64,000 nt of DNA from the NCBI GenBank assembly GCA_965248435.1, contig OZ252100.1, positions 1,312,001 through 1,376,000 of the forward strand, given 5' to 3'. This document shows positions 48,311 through 60,574 of the stretch, piece after piece (positions within the stretch are counted from its first letter, which is position 1; every line of letters begins with the position of its first letter). The notes beneath the pieces were generated by a model. That model ran no database searches and was not told where the DNA came from. It was given only the letters and a program-made list of their open reading frames with translations. Source of the DNA: Candidatus Latescibacterota bacterium (GTDB taxonomy: Bacteria; Latescibacterota; UBA2968; GCA-2709665). The translations under genes and the position numbers were made by a program.

Positions 48311-48861
48311 CGTCGCGCCAGGCTCCCCTGTGCTGAGTGCGAACTGCGTGAAATCGAAGAGCCGCTTCGACGACTCCGTGGGATTTCGTGGCCGGACCGT
48401 TGATTCAGATGATGAAGGGCCAGGGCCAACGCATCCGTTACATCGTGTGTGACCGGCTTTTCCTCAAGGTTCAACATCCGCCGAACCATGAACTCTACCT
48501 GCTCTTTCGTGGCCCCGCCCCTCCCGACCACGCCCTTCTTGACTTCTCTTGGGGAATACTCAAAGATCGGCAAATGCGATTTGGCAAGGGAAAGCATGAT
48601 GGCACCCCTCGCGTGGCACATCTTCATCACAGTCTGGGCGTTCCGACCGAAAAAAACCGCTTCCAGAGCCACCTCATCCGGCTTGATGTCTTCGATCGCC
48701 TCCAGGAGGCCGTCGTAAATTTCCAACAGACGTTTCTCGAACGGAAGTCTTGCATTCGGACGGAGCGGTTTACACGAAACGAGCCGGATCTCTCTATCTC
48801 GGTGCTCCACCACGCCTATACCGGTGACGGCACTGCCGGGATCGATACCCAGGACAATCAC
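48307..48861 (-). CDS. ruvC: Crossover junction endodeoxyribonuclease RuvC
   Basis: LGIDPG, E.VFF..N, EYSP..VK...G.G.A.K.QV, D.TDALA. Confidence 0.96.
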   Translation of the reverse strand: MIVLGIDPGSAVTGIGVVEHRDREIRLVSCKPLRPNARLPFEKRLLEIYDGLLEAIEDIKPDEVALEAVFFGRNAQTVMKMCHARGAIMLSLAKSHLPIFEYSPREVKKGVVGRGGATKEQVEFMVRRMLNLEEKPVTHDVTDALALALHHLNQRSGHEIPRSRRSGSSISRSSHSAQGSLARR

Positions 48862-48945
48862 AAACGCTACCCTAGTAGTGTGAGAAAGGGGAAGTGCGTC
48901 AAAATGAGGAGCGTAGAGGGGGAGGGTCGGTCAGAGAGAGTTCAG

Positions 48946-49695
48946 CTACGAGGTCAATGCCGCTAACTCCTGATCTTCCATCTCGAAATTCGCGTAGACT
49001 CTCTGAACATCGTCCTGGTCTTCCAGCATCTCGAGGAGCGTAATCAGCTGCTTGGCCGTCTTGCCCTCCACGGGGACGTTGTTTTGAGGAATACGCGTCA
49101 GCTCCGAGCGCTCGTAGGGAATCTCCCCTGTCTCCAGAGCTTTCCGAACGTGCTCGAACGACTGAAGCGGAGCATAGATTTCGTATAGGGTCTCGTCCTC
49201 GACGATGTCGTCTGCACCTGCCTCAAGAACGACGGTCATCAGCTCATCTTCATCAGCCCGATCCTTCGACACGACGATCAGGCCCTTTTGCTCGAATATC
49301 CAGGCGACAGCCCCACTTTCTGCCATACTACCGTTGTATTTGGTCAAGATGTGGCGTATCTCCGAAACCGTCCGATTCCTGTTGTCCGTCAGGACTTCCA
49401 CAAACAGGGCCACGCCACCCGGGCCGTATCCTTCGTAGATTGCCCCTTCATACGTTTCGCCCGGTAGGTCTCCTATCCCCTTCTTAATCGCACGCTCGAT
49501 GTTGGCCGCGGGCATGTTTTCCGCCTTGGCGCTCAAGACGGCTCCGCGAAGGCGCGGGTTACTCGCCTCATCACCCCCGCTTTCGCGAGCGGCCACTGTA
49601 ATCTCGCGGATCAATTTGGTGAACAACTTCCCCCGCGCTGCATCGTTTCTGCTTTTCTTGTGCTTTATATTAGCCCACTTCGAGTGTCCTGACAT
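48946..49695 (-). CDS. yebC: YebC/PmpR family protein
   Basis: MSGHSKWANIKHKK, NPRLR, YEGYGPGG, TDNRNRT. Confidence 0.96.
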   Translation of the reverse strand: MSGHSKWANIKHKKSRNDAARGKLFTKLIREITVAARESGGDEASNPRLRGAVLSAKAENMPAANIERAIKKGIGDLPGETYEGAIYEGYGPGGVALFVEVLTDNRNRTVSEIRHILTKYNGSMAESGAVAWIFEQKGLIVVSKDRADEDELMTVVLEAGADDIVEDETLYEIYAPLQSFEHVRKALETGEIPYERSELTRIPQNNVPVEGKTAKQLITLLEMLEDQDDVQRVYANFEMEDQELAALTS

Positions 49696-49764
49696 CGAAC
49701 TTCAGGCCCCTTTGTTCGCGGTCCAAACCAATGGAAATAATGCCGTCAACGCTTGTTATTTAAG

Positions 49765-49793
49765 AAGATACTACTTACCATCAAAAAAATCAA
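49765..49793 (-). promoter_or_regulatory. sigma70-type promoter of yebC
   Basis: TTGATT-17-TATCTT. Confidence 0.5.
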
Positions 49794-49800
49794 GGGCTTG

Positions 49801-50385
49801 CTAACCGACCTGCTGCGCGCCCCTGCCGATCGACAGGAAAAACTCTCTGTTGCCCCCCGCGCCGGGCAGCTTTGACTCGGCTCGGTCCAGCACCCTGCAG
49901 CTCGATCTTTCCAGTTGATGGATCACTCTGTTTACGACTTTTTCGAGGAATTCCGGTCGAACCACGCCGCCTTCCCGCTCAGATTCCTCCGCCTCGTATT
50001 GAGGTTTCAGAAGAGACACGACCTTTCCACACCTTCCAACCATATGCAAGGCCCGAGGAACGATCAGGTTCAGCGGCGTCCACCCCAAATCTATTACCAC
50101 GAGGTCTACCGGTTCAGGAAGCTCCAGATGCAGGGCATTCCTTCGCTCAATCACCACTACTCTGGGGTCTTGTCGCAACTTCCAATCCAGGACGCCGTAA
50201 GCGGTATCGGCTGAATAGACGCGAGCCGCCCCGCGCTGAAGCAGGCAATCCGTAAACCCACCGATGTGCGCGCCAAGATCGGCAGCTACCTTCTGAGAGA
50301 CGTCGACTTGAAACGCTTCGAGCGCCCCCTCGAGCTTCTCTCCTCCTCTCCCTACGAATCTGCTGCTGTCGCTGCGTTTGGCCAA
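49801..50385 (-). CDS. TlyA-like (FtsJ family) rRNA methyltransferase lacking S4 domain
   Basis: FVGRGGEKL, DLGAHIGGFTDCLLQRGA, KPQYE, GNREF; likely TTG start 50385 after AGGGGGT (track start 50451). Confidence 0.82.
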   Translation of the reverse strand: MAKRSDSSRFVGRGGEKLEGALEAFQVDVSQKVAADLGAHIGGFTDCLLQRGAARVYSADTAYGVLDWKLRQDPRVVVIERRNALHLELPEPVDLVVIDLGWTPLNLIVPRALHMVGRCGKVVSLLKPQYEAEESEREGGVVRPEFLEKVVNRVIHQLERSSCRVLDRAESKLPGAGGNREFFLSIGRGAQQVG

Positions 50386-50492
50386 CCTACCCCCTGAGTG
50401 TCGGTCGAGACAACGGACTGCAGACCGTGGGATGATCGGGCGATTCGTCACTTCCTAACTGGTCTGTCGTCCGTCGTCCACGGTCAAGATTC

Positions 50493-50529
50493 AAAAAAAA
50501 GGCGATGCCCTCACTCGGAGGACATCGCC
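50493..50529 (-). terminator. Intrinsic terminator of the EF-G paralogue
   Basis: GGCGATGTCCTC/GAGGGCATCGCC hairpin plus T8 on minus strand. Confidence 0.8.
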
Positions 50530-50549
50530 CTGTCAAGAAAGAACAGGGG

Positions 50550-52640
50550 TTATACCTCCACGGCCTCCTTTTCCTCCTTGGAAGCCGCAACGATCTTCTG
50601 CGTAACCTCCGCCGGTACGGGTTCAAAGCGAGAGAATGACATCGTATAGTCGCCCGTGCCCTGGGTCATGGATCGGAGAGATGTCGAATACTTGTAGAGT
50701 TCGGCCAGAGGTACCTCCGCGCGAATAAGCTGGAAACTTCCCTCCGTGTCAATCCCCTGAATCCGCCCCCGACGAGAGCTCAGGTCGCCCATCACATCAC
50801 CTACGTACTTCTCCGTTACTGTGGCCTCCAATTCATAAATCGGCTCCAAAAGGATCGGGTTCGAGTCCATAAAGGCCTTTTGAAAAGCCTGAGACCCGGC
50901 AATTTTGAATGCCATGTCTGAAGAGTCGACGTTATGAAACGAGCCGTCATACACAGTCACCTGAGTATCTACAACCTGGTAGCCCGCAAGGACGCCGCGC
51001 TCCATCGCCTCCACGACACCTTTCTCGACCGCTGGGATATACTTGCTTGGGATCGAGCCCCCGACGACCTTGTCTTCAAACTCATACCCCTCCCCGCGGC
51101 CCCTGGAGGCCACCCGCACGTAAACTTCGCCGAACTGCCCCCGGCCCCCGGTCTGTTTCTTGTGCCTGTGGTGGCCCTCCGCATTTCCGGTAATCGTCTC
51201 TCGATAAGGGATCTTCGGCTCGATCACCTCAACATCCACCCCAAAGTTTCCCTTCAGTTTTTGAATTACGACGTCCAGATGAAGTTCACCTTGACCTTCC
51301 ACGATAATCTGGCGCAGTTCCGGATCATAACCTGCGAGGAAGCACGGATCTTCCTCGTGAATCCGCTGCAAACCGGTACTGATCTTATCCTCGTCACCCC
51401 GCGACTTGGGTTGCATACAAATTCGTATCAGCGGGTGGGGAAGTTCGTATGGACTGACGATGGCAGGAGCATTCTTGGCGCAGAGCGTGTCCCGTGTATG
51501 AGTATTCTTCAACTTCACGAGCGCACCAATATCTCCAGGGGACAGGGCTTCGACTTCCTCTTTATCTTTGCCATTTAGCAAGTACACCTGGCCGATGCGC
51601 TCGTTCTCCTTAAGGTTCGCATTAAACGCATCCCCACCCGCCTCTAAAGTCCCTGAAACAACCCTGACAAAAGAGAGGTCGCCCACACTCTCAGAAATAG
51701 TCTTGAAGACGATGGCCGCCATCGGTGCTTCAGCCTTGGGAGCCAATTCAATCGTCTCCTCGGAATCAGGCTTGTGTGCTTTTCGCGGAGGCACTTCTAG
51801 AGGCGCGGGTGCTTTGGCAACCAGGAAATCCAAAAGACGATCCGCCCCAATATTTCCGGAGGCGTCGCCGCACAACACAGGAAAGAGGGTTCGATTTGCG
51901 ATCCCGATCTTGATCCCGCGCGAGACCTCCTCTTCGCTGAGGCCGCCTTCTTCAAGATACTTTTCAGTTAGCGCATCCTCACTTTCCGCGGCAGCTTCGA
52001 TAATCCGCTCCTGCACCTCCCCAGCCTGGCTTTCCAGCTCTGCGGGCACATCCCCTTCCTCTGCCTTCCCCTTCCCACCCAACTGATACGTCAGCAACCG
52101 CCGCTCCTGACCATCCATAATTTGATTGAATCCTGCGCCCGGATTGGCGGGCAGATGAAAAGGCACAATGCCCCGGCCGAAGTGCTCCTGCATTTCCCCC
52201 AGAACCTTTTCGAAATTAGCGAACTCCTTGCCCACATGGTTGATGAAGAAGACGACGGGTCTGCCGTACTCCCTGCAGAATGCCCACGCTTTGTCCGTCC
52301 CCACTTCTACACCGCTGGCGGCATTTATCAGGATCAGCGCGGCATCGACAGCCCAGAGGCCCGCCTTCGCATCACCGACGAAATCGGGATACCCGGGAGT
52401 ATCCAGGATGTTGATCTTTGTGTCGTTCCAAGCACAGTGCAGCACCGACGTGCTGATAGAGATTTGGCGATCGATCTCCGCTTCCGTGTGGTCGGATTTG
52501 GTCGTACCGTCCGTTATGGTTCCAAGGCGATTGGTTTCTCCGGCAGTGTATAACATGGCCTCGGCAAGAGAAGTCTTTCCGGTGCTGCTATGGCCCGCCA
52601 ACGCGACATTTCGGATGCTGTCGGTATCGTATGTATTCAC
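50550..52640 (-). CDS. Elongation factor G paralogue (EF-G2-like)
   Basis: Full EF-G architecture (GHSSTGKTS, DTPGYPDF, GELHL, YRETI, KKQTGGRGQFG, GSFH.VDSS, LLEP), outside the str operon. Confidence 0.92.
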   Translation of the reverse strand: MNTYDTDSIRNVALAGHSSTGKTSLAEAMLYTAGETNRLGTITDGTTKSDHTEAEIDRQISISTSVLHCAWNDTKINILDTPGYPDFVGDAKAGLWAVDAALILINAASGVEVGTDKAWAFCREYGRPVVFFINHVGKEFANFEKVLGEMQEHFGRGIVPFHLPANPGAGFNQIMDGQERRLLTYQLGGKGKAEEGDVPAELESQAGEVQERIIEAAAESEDALTEKYLEEGGLSEEEVSRGIKIGIANRTLFPVLCGDASGNIGADRLLDFLVAKAPAPLEVPPRKAHKPDSEETIELAPKAEAPMAAIVFKTISESVGDLSFVRVVSGTLEAGGDAFNANLKENERIGQVYLLNGKDKEEVEALSPGDIGALVKLKNTHTRDTLCAKNAPAIVSPYELPHPLIRICMQPKSRGDEDKISTGLQRIHEEDPCFLAGYDPELRQIIVEGQGELHLDVVIQKLKGNFGVDVEVIEPKIPYRETITGNAEGHHRHKKQTGGRGQFGEVYVRVASRGRGEGYEFEDKVVGGSIPSKYIPAVEKGVVEAMERGVLAGYQVVDTQVTVYDGSFHNVDSSDMAFKIAGSQAFQKAFMDSNPILLEPIYELEATVTEKYVGDVMGDLSSRRGRIQGIDTEGSFQLIRAEVPLAELYKYSTSLRSMTQGTGDYTMSFSRFEPVPAEVTQKIVAASKEEKEAVEV

Positions 52641-52752
52641 GCCCTGCCCTCCAGGGTGTCTCGGCCGCGGTCGATTAAGGAAATGCCTGCAAACGAAGCA
52701 AGTAAATATGATCGCCTAGACCTGTCAAGGACTGATTTATTCTCTCCGAGGC

Positions 52753-52793
52753 AAAAGAAAGGCCTGAATTTCGCGAGAAATTCAGGCCTTCTT
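52753..52793 (-). terminator. rRNA operon terminator
   Basis: GGCCTGAATTTC-gcga-GAAATTCAGGCC perfect stem with T-rich tail. Confidence 0.8.
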
Positions 52794-52800
52794 CAATAAT

Positions 52801-52916
52801 CCCGGCGGCGACCTACTCTCCCACAAGGTCTCCCAAGCAGTACCATCGGCGCAGGAGGGCTTAACTGCTCTGTTCGGAATGGGAAGAGGTGTTTCCCCTC
52901 CGCTATAGCTACCGGA
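52801..52916 (-). rRNA. rrf: 5S ribosomal RNA
   Basis: Reverse complement contains CCCATTCCGAACAG, GCCGATGGTACTG and GGGAGAGTAGGTCG; ends approximate. Confidence 0.95.
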
Positions 52917-52982
52917 AAATTAGGTTGAATATCGGATGTCTATTGCAAAGCACGTTAGCGATCTGCTGAAAAACTGAGAAAA

Positions 52983-56013
<3,031 letters not shown>

Positions 56014-56103
56014 AAAATCAGTCTTCCAGCAGATCACTGACGTGCTCTGCTAAAAGTACTGTCGCGAGTTCGGCGTTACAACAGATACCCGACTTCCAAT
56101 ATT

Positions 56104-56119
56104 CAATTGTCAAAGAACA
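56104..56119 (-). promoter_or_regulatory. Spacer boxA antitermination element
   Basis: TGTTCTTTGACAATTG on minus strand. Confidence 0.7.
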
Positions 56120-56188
56120 ATTGGGGCGGAACGCCGCCCCGAAATATTACTTATAAATTATGCTGAGTTTTGATCGAAATAGCAAAAC

Positions 56189-56264
56189 TGGTGGAGATAA
56201 CCGGACTCGAACCGGTGACCTCGGCCTTGCAAGGGCCGCGCTCTCCCAGCTGAGCTATATCCCC
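56189..56264 (-). tRNA. tRNA-Ala(UGC)
   Basis: GGGGATATAGCTCAG...CTTGCAA...GGTTCGAGTCC...TCTCCACCA. Confidence 0.97.
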
Positions 56265-56303
56265 AGCGGCAATTCCAGTAAGGATTTACCAAGGTCAGTT
56301 TCT

Positions 56304-56380
<77 letters not shown>

Positions 56381-56471
56381 GAGAATCCTAAACAATCGAA
56401 TAGCGCGCACGAGCATGACTGGCAATTGACCTGGAGTAGGCCCGGGCGTCCGAAGACCCCAAGCCATGTCT

Positions 56472-58039
<1,568 letters not shown>

Positions 58040-58131
58040 ATAATATCAAGCCCATACAGGGCATGTATTCTCACTTTTGATCCAACTTACACCTATAGAA
58101 ATACCAGTCACTTGACTCGTGCACGCTATTC

Positions 58132-58146
58132 GGTTGTCAAAGAGCC
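58132..58146 (-). promoter_or_regulatory. rrn leader boxA
   Basis: GGCTCTTTGACAACC; the adjacent leader is complementary to about 56391-56413 (16S processing stem). Confidence 0.7.
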
Positions 58147-58179
58147 TTTAAACTTAGATTTCTATTTCCGCAATCATGC

Positions 58180-58208
58180 AATATACCAGAAAGAGACAGG
58201 CGAGTCAA
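58180..58208 (-). promoter_or_regulatory. rrn operon sigma70 promoter
   Basis: TTGACT-17-TATATT with AT-rich upstream sequence. Confidence 0.75.
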
Positions 58209-58286
58209 GTAATTTCACCCGATTGACTTTTCTTGGGGTATATTATTAGACATGCTTACTGTATAGTGATTAGAACTTGAATAGGA

Positions 58287-58787
58287 CTATCGTTTGTCCA
58301 CCCAGAAGCTCAGCCCCAGCTCTTTCTTTAGGCGCTCTCCCAGGGACTCGGCCTCCGACACCTTCTCGAAGAACCCGATCCTCACGCGGTAAATGCCCTC
58401 GCCGGGAACCACGCCTGAGGGATACCCCATCAGACGGAGGTCTCCCGCGAGCCTATCGGCCCGGGCCCGGTCCTGGTAGGCCGCAACCTGGATGAGGTAG
58501 CGCCCGTGCGCCGAGAATGAGATTCGCCCTGATCTCTGCGACTCCTCCGTGCCTGGTTTGGAAGACCCTGCAGGTTCTTGCTCGCGAGACCCCCTCAACC
58601 CTGGCTTCGACGCTTCTTCCTGAGTCCCTTCGAGGACTCCCGTCGCAAGTGACTCGGCTTCCACCTCTTCGACCTGGGGTTCGGTCTCCTCGAGGGGAGG
58701 TGCGGACCGTTCTTCGCTGCCACATCCGCTCCACACGGAGACCAACATACTGATGATGACGATTCGCAATCGTTCGTCGGGCAACAT
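58287..58787 (-). CDS. SPOR domain-containing putative lipoprotein
   Basis: Signal/lipobox-like VWSGC, low-complexity linker, Y.IQVAAY...A...L...YRVRIG.F...EA; likely start ATG 58787. Confidence 0.8.
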   Translation of the reverse strand: MLPDERLRIVIISMLVSVWSGCGSEERSAPPLEETEPQVEEVEAESLATGVLEGTQEEASKPGLRGSREQEPAGSSKPGTEESQRSGRISFSAHGRYLIQVAAYQDRARADRLAGDLRLMGYPSGVVPGEGIYRVRIGFFEKVSEAESLGERLKKELGLSFWVDKR

Positions 58788-58837
58788 CAGATTTCTCCAG
58801 AACCCTGTGCCGGCACCCGTCAGTGCATCGGACAAAT

Positions 58838-60124
58838 TTACGTACACGCCCGGAGCGATTCATAATTCGCTCTGATGGCCTCATCGATATCCGAATCTGA
58901 ATGTGCCAGACCAATGAATGCGGCTTCGAACTGAGAGGGTGCCAGGTAAATCCCCCGGCCCAGCATGGACCGAAAGTAGCGCGCAAACATTCCTTGATCG
59001 CATCGATTCGCGGAGTCGAAATCCACAACGGGTTCGTCTGTAAAGAACAGGGTCATCATCGATCCCACCCGGTTCAGCTGGAGATTCATTCCAAGCGATT
59101 TCAGGTTTTTTCTGAATCCAGCCTCCAGCCGTTCAGACCTGGCTTCGAGGGTCTCATATACGCCCGGCTCATTCAGCCGCTTCAATGTCTCGTAGCCGGC
59201 GGTCATAGCGAGGGGGTTTCCGGACAGCGTCCCGGCCTGTGTGACCTTCTTACCCAAAGGGCTGATCTGTCCCATGATTTTTTTCTTGCCCCCGAATGCC
59301 CCAACGGGAAGTCCTCCACCGATGATCTTACCCAGCGTCGTCAGGTCCGGCGTAATGCCGTAGAGGCCCTGTGCCCCTCCGGGATGGATCCGGAACCCGG
59401 TGATAACCTCATCGAAAATCAGCAGGATGCCAAGGTCGTTCGTCAATTGCCTCAAGCCATTCAAAAAGCCCTCGGAGGGAGGGATCACGCCCATGTTTCC
59501 GGCGACAGGCTCCACGATGATGGCGGCGATCTGGTCCCGGTTCTCTGATACGATTCTCTCTACGCCCTCGAGATCGTTAAATCGTGCGGTCAGGGTATCC
59601 CGGGCCGTGCCTTCGGTTACGCCCGGACTGTCCGGCGCCCCGAGGGTCAACGCAGACGAGCCTGCCTGAATCAGAAAGCTGTCTGCGTGACCGTGCCAGC
59701 ATCCGGTGAATTTGACGATCTTCTGCCGTTCGGTATAGCCCCGGGCGAGTCGTACGGCCGACATCGTCGCCTCTGTCCCCGAATTGACCATCCGGACCAT
59801 CTCTACACCGGGGACCATCTCTGTCACCAGTTTTGCGAGTCTGATCTCCGCTTCGGTCGGCGCCCCGAAGCTGGTGCCCTGTTCGCAGGCCCGTTTGACG
59901 GCCTCCACCACTTCAGGATGGGCATGACCCAGGATAAGCGGCCCCCAGGATGCAACAAAATCTATGAACGCGTCGCCGTCAGCGTCATAGATCCTGGCGC
60001 CCTCACCCCGCTTTATGAAAAGCGGATCGCCCCCGACAGGCCCGAACGCACGCGCGGGGCTGTTGACGCCGCCCGGTATCCAAATCTGTGCCTGGTAAAA
60101 CAGTTCTTTCGAGCGTGTACCCAA
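58838..60124 (-). CDS. hemL: Glutamate-1-semialdehyde 2,1-aminomutase
   Basis: PGGVNSP.R, SWGP.ILGH, NSGTEATM, FDEVITGFR, GKIIGGGLP, APSQFEA. Confidence 0.97.
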   Translation of the reverse strand: MGTRSKELFYQAQIWIPGGVNSPARAFGPVGGDPLFIKRGEGARIYDADGDAFIDFVASWGPLILGHAHPEVVEAVKRACEQGTSFGAPTEAEIRLAKLVTEMVPGVEMVRMVNSGTEATMSAVRLARGYTERQKIVKFTGCWHGHADSFLIQAGSSALTLGAPDSPGVTEGTARDTLTARFNDLEGVERIVSENRDQIAAIIVEPVAGNMGVIPPSEGFLNGLRQLTNDLGILLIFDEVITGFRIHPGGAQGLYGITPDLTTLGKIIGGGLPVGAFGGKKKIMGQISPLGKKVTQAGTLSGNPLAMTAGYETLKRLNEPGVYETLEARSERLEAGFRKNLKSLGMNLQLNRVGSMMTLFFTDEPVVDFDSANRCDQGMFARYFRSMLGRGIYLAPSQFEAAFIGLAHSDSDIDEAIRANYESLRACT

Positions 60125-60251
60125 AAGTTTTCCCCAGTGTTCGAGGTCAATCCTCTGAAGAGATTCTAACGTAATTGTCTTTGTCGTGTCAAGAGTTTTT
60201 CAGGCGACAACCGTGCCCGTCTTTCTGAATCGCTTCCAAGCGGATTCCGTC

Positions 60252-60280
60252 TTGCCGCCCCGCTTTCCAAACCGTATATT
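60252..60280 (+). promoter_or_regulatory. sigma70-type promoter of tRNA-Arg
   Basis: TTGCCG-17-TATATT. Confidence 0.6.
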
Positions 60281-60293
60281 TTGCGTCGAGAGT

Positions 60294-60370
60294 GCGGTAG
60301 TAGCTCAATCGGATAGAGCATCTGGCTTCGGACCAGAGGGTTGGGGGTTCGAGTCCTCTCTACCGCACCA
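60294..60370 (+). tRNA. tRNA-Arg(UCG)
   Basis: Acceptor GCGGTAG/CTACCGC-ACCA; anticodon arm TCTGG-CT-TCG-GA-CCAGA; GGTTCGAGTCC T-arm. Confidence 0.95.
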
Positions 60371-60378
60371 GGTCTCAG

Positions 60379-60406
60379 GGCCTCGATTTCGATCGAGGCC
60401 TTTTTT
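60379..60406 (+). terminator. Intrinsic terminator after tRNA-Arg
   Basis: GGCCTCGAT-ttcg-ATCGAGGCC plus T6. Confidence 0.85.
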
Positions 60407-60458
60407 ATCCTTCGAGTGCCGTTGACAGCCCATCTATTGTGTGTCTTTACGCCGATTC

Positions 60459-60551
60459 TGGAGTACTTCAGCACTGGAGTGTTGGAGTATTCGGAAAATC
60501 CAGTAGATTAGCCATGGGTTCACACTACTCCGATACTCCATTCCTCCAATC
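60459..60551. repeat. Octamer-period inverted repeat (REP-like)
   Basis: TGGAGTAC..TGGAGTGT TGGAGTAT ... TACTCCGA TACTCCAT TCCTCCAA. Confidence 0.6.
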
Positions 60552-60574
60552 CCCCAGAACTCGCGCATTCCTCC

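Noticed and set aside
58223-58265. Plus-strand TTGACT with AT-rich downstream sequence, divergent from rrn
   Set aside because: No -10 element at correct spacing and no plus-strand gene to drive.
60371-60574. Possible integrated element at tRNA-Arg, CRISPR-like array, or LexA box before uvrA
   Set aside because: No integrase or tRNA 3' duplication; the repeats are 8-mers without spacers; no SOS-box palindrome I recognise.
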